Source: Chiloscyllium plagiosum (lineage: Eukaryota). Taken from it: DNA of 27,951 nt. This document shows, piece by piece, positions 20,775 to 27,951 of the stretch (positions are counted from its first letter, which is position 1; each line of letters opens with the position of its first letter). Where the stretch lies: the NCBI RefSeq assembly GCF_004010195.1, contig NC_057718.1, positions 103,277,276-103,305,226 of the forward strand. The letters are read 5' to 3'. The notes under the pieces were generated by a model. It made no database searches. It had not been told where the DNA came from and saw nothing but the letters and a program-made list of their open reading frames with translations. Made by a program: the position numbers and the translations under genes.

Positions 20775-22762
20775 TGGAAAGGATGTATAAATAAGACAAG
20801 TTGGGGCCTTAATGAGATCCAAATGTATGGAAATGAGGTAGTCACTACTTAAATGGCAAGGTTCTGAAGTCACCGTTCATGGCTGGAGGGGAAAATGTTC
20901 CTTGATGTTGAGAATCTGATTTTCTCATTCTTTTGATTTATTATTGTCACATGTACCTAGATCCAGTGAAAAGTTTTGTTTTACATGGAGTACCAGCATT
21001 CTCTCCCTGTATTTTCCCACTTTGTCATTGCTGCTCATGTCACACCAGGCGACGGGAAAGTCCCACCCACGTGTATTGATACCTTTTCACATCCTCAAAA
21101 ACTACTTTGTAATGACATTGTTCATTTCTGATCACTGTGCTAAGTGCTCCCTCCCTCCTCAAAGCCGGTTCCTTCCTGCAGCTGAAATATTTCTGCACCT
21201 GCAGCAATTTTGAACTTTTCTTCACAGTGAAGAGAAAAGGGAGACAATTTTTTTTGTCTTCCTTTTATCCTGGGGGGAGCACTGGTTGCAATGTCACTCC
21301 AGCACTGCTGTCTTGCCTGAAATTTTCTATTGTTCCATTCAGCAAGGACTCCTAAAGCAGTAGGACTCAGTTTCTCCCAGTAACAGAGTAGTAGATGTGT
21401 GGACCAACTGACTGAGAAATCTTCCTGACTGACAAGGGCACTGAACAGCACACAACACATGAAAGAGTGAGCATCAACTTTTTCTTATTGTAACATTTTC
21501 ACTAGCGTCTCTTGGTATCACGTCTATTTCTCTAGAAATAGCTGCTGATTGTATTTTAAATCAGTGCTCCAAAGCTACTGGGATTTTCTCTGCATTTCTG
21601 GACGGGATTCAAAGCCGCATTGAGGAATCCTGAAACAGGAGATTTCTGCCAATATTGCTACACTGCTCACAAAAATATAAAATGCTGGGTAGTATTTATT
21701 TGTTTATTTTTATAACTTGTAAAACCTGAACAAGGAGTGCATGGCCAGAGCATGTCAAAGCAACACAAGTGGGAATATACTTTTATGGAGGGTTTAAGTG
21801 GTTCGAGGGAATTTTTAAAACTTTTCTTTTGATGGGAAGTGCTCGAGTGAGGTCTTTTTTTTTGTTCCTTTCTTTTAACATTACCAATCTTAATACATTA
21901 CAGACCCTTGCTTGGATTTATGAGCTTGGAGGCAGTGCTGTGTGTACAGTCTAGTGACCTGAAGACCCAGAGACAAGGGGGAGGTGGAGAAGGAAGTTTG
22001 TATATACTCTGCAAACAGGGAAGTATTTGTAATGGGTGGGGGGGGGGGAGTCAAGAAATTACAAGTACATCAAACTGGAGAGAAAAAATAATCTCTCATG
22101 GAATGTAAAATAATCTGGAGTAGGAAAGTGTAGGGAAATCACACGCACATTTGATTTACCACAAAACAAGCATAAAGTGTATAAAACACAACAATTTTTT
22201 TTTGTTTATAAAGGCGAGGTGTGGATTTTATTTGGCCTATGAAATAAATGTTCTCCCCAGGCTGTTTTGGAAGTTCTCCCAGCACGCTGGGAAATAATTA
22301 TCAGGTTGTCTGTATGCAACTTAGTATGTAACTTCGGTCTCAGCGACAGGCAATGCTTTAGAAAAGATTTAGCAAACGAACTGTCACTGAAATATGCTGC
22401 AAAGACCACTGAGATGGATTGCTCCCTTTTAACAAGCCATAAAAGTTTTATTCAGCGCAGCACTGAACAGGTTCAGGCAACGGGTCGACTCGCCTCCACC
22501 AAATAAACCGAGACAATCCTGAGTGCTGAATCAAAAGTAAGAGAAATGTATAATTACACGCTGGCAATACACATGTTGATGAGATCCATGGATCGAGCTG
22601 GATATTAACTCCTTCTGCATGTGCTTTTTTTGTTGTTGTATTTCAGACTTTAGCAGATACTCTTTCACTGCATCACTAAAAGTTGATTGAGGAAGGTTCG
22701 CAGCCTAGTGCTAGGTCCATACGACAGCAAAGTATCCACTTTGCAATCTGGTTTGACTATTT

Positions 22763-22795
22763 TCTCTCTCTCTCTCTCTCCCTCTCTTTCTCTCT
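22763..22795. repeat. (CT)n microsatellite
   Basis: Visible TC dinucleotide run. Confidence 0.85.
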
Positions 22796-23519
22796 GCTGA
22801 CCCTCAAATCAACTTTGACCTCTAATCTCTGGAGGTATCCATCATGACATGGCTCAGTTAGGAGTAAATGTTGCCCATTTCTTGGGAGGGACGAGGAAGA
22901 TTGCTCGAGATGAAGGATTCTGGTTGGTTTCAGCACAGGTGAATTCCTTTCTGACAGCAGGGTTAGGAAATAATGTGAGGAGATCCTTTAATGAACTGAG
23001 AGGATTCTCGGCTGGAGACAAATTTATGCAAATCAGATGCACCAGGAAGACAGTCTACAGAATGGACAGCGAAATTTCAACAACTCAATGCCTGAAGGTA
23101 GAAAATAAGCAGTTTTGATAAAATGGGAAAGCGGAGGGAGATAAAACAAAAGCCTTTTTTAAAAAAAAATCCTCCAGATCACTTACAAATAGCAAAATTA
23201 TATCGCCAATTTTTTCATCTTGTTTTATGGAGAAAAAGAAAATAGACATCACTGAGTGCATCTTACTTTTGTGACTGGAAGTGAAACATTTAGTGCTTTT
23301 TAATGATGCTTCTGGTTAGGAATTATTCTTAGTCCTTTCTCTTCTAATTTGAGACTGGGTCCAGGTATTAGAATGGAAAAGCGAAGTTGTATTTTTGCTA
23401 AAAATATATAAATTAAGTGTTAGTGCTGGTGTGAGTCCAATATGTTTATTGAGTGCTTTTTAAAATGATATTGATATGGTTTGTTTTATGAATGAATTAA
23501 ATAAAAATCATATTTCTTC

Positions 23520-23880
23520 TACCTCTATTAAACACAGGCGTGACACTCTGAGTAATAAAGCAGCTCCATTTGCATTCACTAGCAGTGCTTGCCTTATTGT
23601 TCAGCAGCGCAGAACTCAGCTCAGATGCCAAACAATGAAATTACAGCAGAGAATTAGCAGGCAAAAGCCAGCTTCTCGGGGCTTTTATGATTCATTATTT
23701 CCTCTTAAATAGAATATTGCAAGTATACTCCAGATAGCTTGTGGTCACTGAACTCTGAGTACATCAATATTACAGAGAGCTGGGGAGCAGAATTATGTAA
23801 CTTTGGATAATGAACAATGTGGCTTTGGTGATAAAAATACCATATGGCTGATCTGTGTCAATTGACTTCTGATGTCGGTA
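23520..23880. promoter_or_regulatory. Candidate conserved non-coding enhancer
   Basis: Repeat-free block with an octamer ATTTGCAT (23568-23575) and Sox-type sites at 23596-23601, 23631-23636 and 23813-23818, between AT-rich flanks. Conservation was not tested. Confidence 0.45.
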
Positions 23881-24454
23881 GAATTGAAGCTTTATTTAAC
23901 GTGGCAGAGTTTAAAGGATCGCATCTGTGTAGAGACATCAAATGTTTTCCATTTCACTTCAGTAGTTGCATTTAGTTTTTTAATTTGTGAAGCCCAGTCT
24001 AAATTTTTCATCATTCCTATGATCAAATTTAAATATAAGCATAAATTTTCTTATTTTGCTAATTTACATTAATTTGTACTTTTAAAAATGTTGGAAAAAA
24101 TTACTTCAATTCCTTTTGATTCAGTTCATGTCCATTATTTAGTTTAAACACTGACAATTTATTGAAGGCCAGATCATTAACGCAGGAAGAAAAGATTTTT
24201 TAGCTGTGTGTCCTTGATTTTTTTTGAAGGGAACGTTAACAGTAAAAATAAGCTTCTGTCCCCTTATTAATAATTATCCAGTTGTTTTGTTTTTCGACAT
24301 AAGGAAGAAATGCTGGTTTTGAATCATGTTTGAAAGTACTGTACTGTGTGAAGGAAGCAGGAAGAGAGCAGTTCTTGAATTAAGACTGGTTTGAGTAAAT
24401 TAAACCGAGGTGTTCAAATATGGTGTGAACAAGCTTACAGTTGAGCGACACTAT

Positions 24455-24780
24455 TATGCATTTTTATCAGCGTGCTGTAATTTTACTGTTGACAAAGTAT
24501 CTGTGGCAGTGAGAATGATGGCAGTTAGAAGTGTGCGGATTGTAATCAGATGCTTAGCTGTGCAACACTGCATCTTGAGCAGATTTGAAACAACACTGCC
24601 TTGGGGTCAGAAAAGTCCATTAATTTTTAGTGAGAAAATTAGAGTGGCACTTGATGAAGTGAAGTTTGACATGCGTTAATTGCTGTTCAGCTCCCTCTAA
24701 TTAGAGATTTTCAAATTCTTTTACTGCTTGTCGGAATGATGCTGCATTGTCTACTGGTCACATAAGGAAATTGCAAATTT
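24455..24780. promoter_or_regulatory. Candidate conserved non-coding enhancer
   Basis: Repeat-free block dense in TAAT/homeodomain cores, with the 12-bp palindrome ctctaattagag (24695-24706) and retained CpGs. Conservation was not tested. Confidence 0.5.
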
Positions 24781-25334
24781 GGGTGGATTAGAGGTTCTAG
24801 TTAGGCATATTCTACCATCACTCTTTTCATTATTTTGAAAAGAATGCTACATACTGTATACACTAAAGGATAGCACAAAAGTTTCAATGTTCAGCTTAAG
24901 AAGATATTTACATAATGCAATGTGCAATATTGTCACTGGCAATACATCCGTACAATGGTTTAACCACATTTTTAAAAAAGAATGCAAGAACCTATATCTC
25001 CTGAATTGCAATCATTGCTAATTCCTTAGTTGCATGTTTCAAATTAAGTGAAACAAAATTCTAATTTATTTGGCAGGAAAGTGTGCATTAAACAGTGCCA
25101 AGATACTTGGCTGTTATAGAACATTAATTTTCCCCACTACATATGCTTCTATATATATATATATCCAAGCCACAAACATCAGGGTTAGTCTTGTTTTGAA
25201 AATAGTGTTTACCAGCCAGCTTTCAGTTGAATGCTTCTTAATTTCTTATTTAATTGCATATTTGTCCTGGCCATTCTTCCTCAAAATAAAAATATTTACA
25301 CTGAATGAGGTTTTTGATCCCAAGCAAATTACTT

Positions 25335-25672
25335 GTTACCAGCTGGCATTTATTTATACAGCGTGGAATTATAAACCATTGTTATTGCCGCGTCTTTGCC
25401 GAATTGTTTATGACACCAGTAATAGGAGTAATTGTTATTGTTGAAATTACCTGTCAGCTACCTATAACGACGGCCCTTGTCCCACTGACAAATAGTGACA
25501 GGAGAGAGGGATCACCCACACATCCTCCTGATAGTTTCCCCTCTGATAATAAGAACAGCAGGGCTCTAGATAATTTGCCTGTCAATTGTGAGTGCAGTCA
25601 GGAGAGAGTTTGCCAAATTGTTGTCATTCTCCCCAGCGAAACAAAGCAAAATGCAAAGTTTAGAAGAAAATA
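25335..25672. promoter_or_regulatory. Candidate conserved non-coding enhancer
   Basis: Clustered ATTGTT Sox sites (25378, 25403, 25431, 25437), Meis-type TGACAG/CTGTCA sites (25451, 25496, 25579) and a Hox-like TTTATGA (25406). Conservation was not tested. Confidence 0.5.
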
Positions 25673-27257
25673 AACCTACATCTTTTCTTTAAAAAAATTA
25701 CTTGGGATAAAGGGGAAAAGAAGGGAGAGAAATAGGAAGCAGAGCATTTTTGTGTGACAAATGAAATGTTATGTTGAGAGTAATCATTTTTGATTGTGTC
25801 CTGCAGAGAAATAAGAAAATAAAACTTTGTACCCTGGAATTATGGCCTGGAAATTTAAAGAAGATACAAGATTTGTATCCTAAAATTGCTGAACTTGAAC
25901 GCAACTTGTTTCAAGTAAATACTGAAATAACAAAATGCAAAATTTAGGGAGACCTGAAGCAATAATATTACACAATGAGACATGATTCTGTGTTAATGGT
26001 ATTATCAGTATTTTGTCTTACATTGGTTGCCAACTATATCAAACTTAAAGCCAATATAATATTTGTAACATCTTTCCTAGTGTATTACTTTAATACAGCC
26101 TCAGCTACTGTTCATCTGCTTGAAACCCTGAATTATTAAATTCTCACAACCAGAGAAACAATTTAGTTTTACTCAGATTATTTGTGTTTGTCTGGATTAT
26201 TTCATTGGAATTATTTTGAAGGTGTCTCTATGGTTAAGAAAAGAATCTCTCCGAAAAAAATAAATGTCTCACAAGAAATAATTAAAAGGCTAAATACTCG
26301 GGTGTGACTAAAATAAATGAGAAAGCTAGCAAGCTTGGGAATGGAGAGGTTGAACATGGCATCTTGCAGGAATTACTGCATTAAGGCGACTGTTTTCTTT
26401 ACAAATGTTGGGTTATTTGGAAATGTCAGATATCCTGCAGCAAGGAAAGCTTCAGCCTACTTAAGCTTGAAACAGAGTAGCAATTTGAAGAAAGGATTTC
26501 AAGGGACCAAATATGCAGCGGACCCATCATGTTATTTCCATGGATAAAATCTCAGAGGACTGGAGTATTTCACAAATGCTTTGCCAAGAATTCTGACTAA
26601 AACATTTCAGGTTGTATGCCAACGTGCCCTTGGCAGATATGTTATTTGTTTAACATACTCGGAATTATATTTTAATAAAATGACACCGAATCATTTAAGC
26701 TTCCTGAGTTTGATATCTAGAATGCTTAAACACCCTCAACTGTTTAGTGTGTATTGAATGACATCTCTTATTAACACAGTTGTAGCTATACGTGTTTCTT
26801 AGCTCTGATCTATTCTAAGAAATTACTGTTTGTTTTCTGTACAACTGATATGACTGTATTAAGAACAGAAAATTTCATCTGCATAAAGACACAGACAACA
26901 TTCATCTCACCAAACTATTCAATTCTAATCATTTTTACATGATTTTAAGCATCTTTTGAAATTATTTATTTTAAAAATCTTAAATAAATGAAACATTTAT
27001 TCGCCCATACAACAAAAGATTGGTGATTTTGGTGCAGCTGAATGATATGTTAGTGTGAGCAGATTTTACTCTACTTACGGAAGACAGTTTAGAATTTATT
27101 ATTCAGAATTTAGAAATTACAATTCAATGCGTCTTAACTTGTAGAGAATTGTACAACAGTTAGGGACATCATAATGCCAACTAAGTAACATGTAGCCGAC
27201 TTTAACAAGCTCATTATAATCTGTTTTCCATTTATTTTACATATTTGGCAATTATGT

Positions 27258-27353
27258 TAGAGCCATAGACAAGTACAACACAGAATTAGACCCTCTGGTC
27301 CAACTCACCTATGCTGACCAGATATCCTAAATTAATCTAGTCCAATTTGCCAG
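27258..27353 (-). mobile_element. CR1 3' UTR fragment
   Basis: Reverse-complement homology to 2359-2445 (gaccagatatcc..atctagtcc.atttgccag). Confidence 0.8.
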
Positions 27354-27648
27354 TCTTTAATATTTTTACAATTTTTATTATTAACCTATTTATTCAGCAC
27401 AGAATTAGAAAGAACTATTCAGTTTTCTCACAAATACAAGAACTGTTCTGAGTGAGGGAAATATCACAGTATTCTAATTCAGTGATAAAACTAGACAACC
27501 CTGTCATTGCCTTCTGCATTATTGGAGTAATTCAGTTTTTCACAATCCAAAATCTTTCATCATGCTGTTTCCCCTTACAGTCACAGCAACAGTTTTCAGC
27601 TGAAGTTTAAGTTCAATGTTTTTATAATATTAGTGGTCTCTGCGAGGG

Positions 27649-27951
27649 TTGTGAAGGTTTGTAGCTCAGGTTGAGGTTTGGGGTGTAGGTTTGCTCGCTG
27701 AGCTGTCGGTTTGATATCCAGGCATTTCATTAGCTGGCTAGGTAACATCATCAGTGGCGACCTCCAAGTGAAGCGAAGCTGTTATCTCCTGCTTTTTATT
27801 TATATCTTTCTCCTGGATGGGCTTCCTGGGGTTTGTGGTGATGTCATTTCCTATTTGTTTTCAGAGGGGTTGATAGATGGCACCTAGATCTATGTGTTTG
27901 TTTATGGCGTTGTGGTTGGAGTGCCAGGCCTCTAGGAATTCTCTGGCATGT
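27649..27951 (-). mobile_element. Penelope-like element: GIY-YIG endonuclease C-terminus and pLTR with decayed hammerhead (runs off the window)
   Basis: Minus strand 27950-27864 translates to HAREFLEAWHSNHNAINKHIDLGAIYQPL (REFLEAWHS..IN motif of Penelope endonucleases), followed by cca-CTGATGA-t-gttacctagccagctaat-GAAA-tgcc-tgg at ~27757-27718. Confidence 0.88.

Noticed and set aside
20068..20873. ORFs of about 200-240 aa
   Set aside because: Artefacts of translating the N gap.
25070..25673. Overlapping 124-aa and 122-aa ORFs
   Set aside because: Non-ATG or weak starts, composition typical of AT-rich non-coding DNA and no domain; better explained as non-coding.

Overview
Eukaryotic non-coding DNA, most likely from a cartilaginous fish (shark). 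This is an inference from the CR1/HER1-like LINEs, the palindromic Penelope-derived repeats and the Deu-domain-like minisatellite. No intact protein-coding gene is supported. Bases 1-20274 are a dense mosaic of decayed and often nested transposable elements: several CR1 LINEs, a Rex1/Babar LINE, a Ty3/Gypsy gag fossil, a Tigger/MER44-like MITE, tRNA-derived SINEs, Penelope-LTR fragments carrying minimal hammerhead-ribozyme motifs, and a 33-bp minisatellite. A 500-N scaffold gap lies at 20275-20774. After it come about 6.5 kb with almost no recognisable repeats, holding several motif-dense blocks that look like conserved non-coding enhancers. The window ends in a Penelope element (GIY-YIG C-terminus plus pLTR). 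The most interesting items are an apparently intact minimal hammerhead ribozyme at 7312-7351 inside a three-level nested insertion, several decayed relatives of it, and the candidate CNE cluster. I see no evidence of a wholly new biological system. Repeat-family names are from recall and need Dfam/Repbase confirmation.
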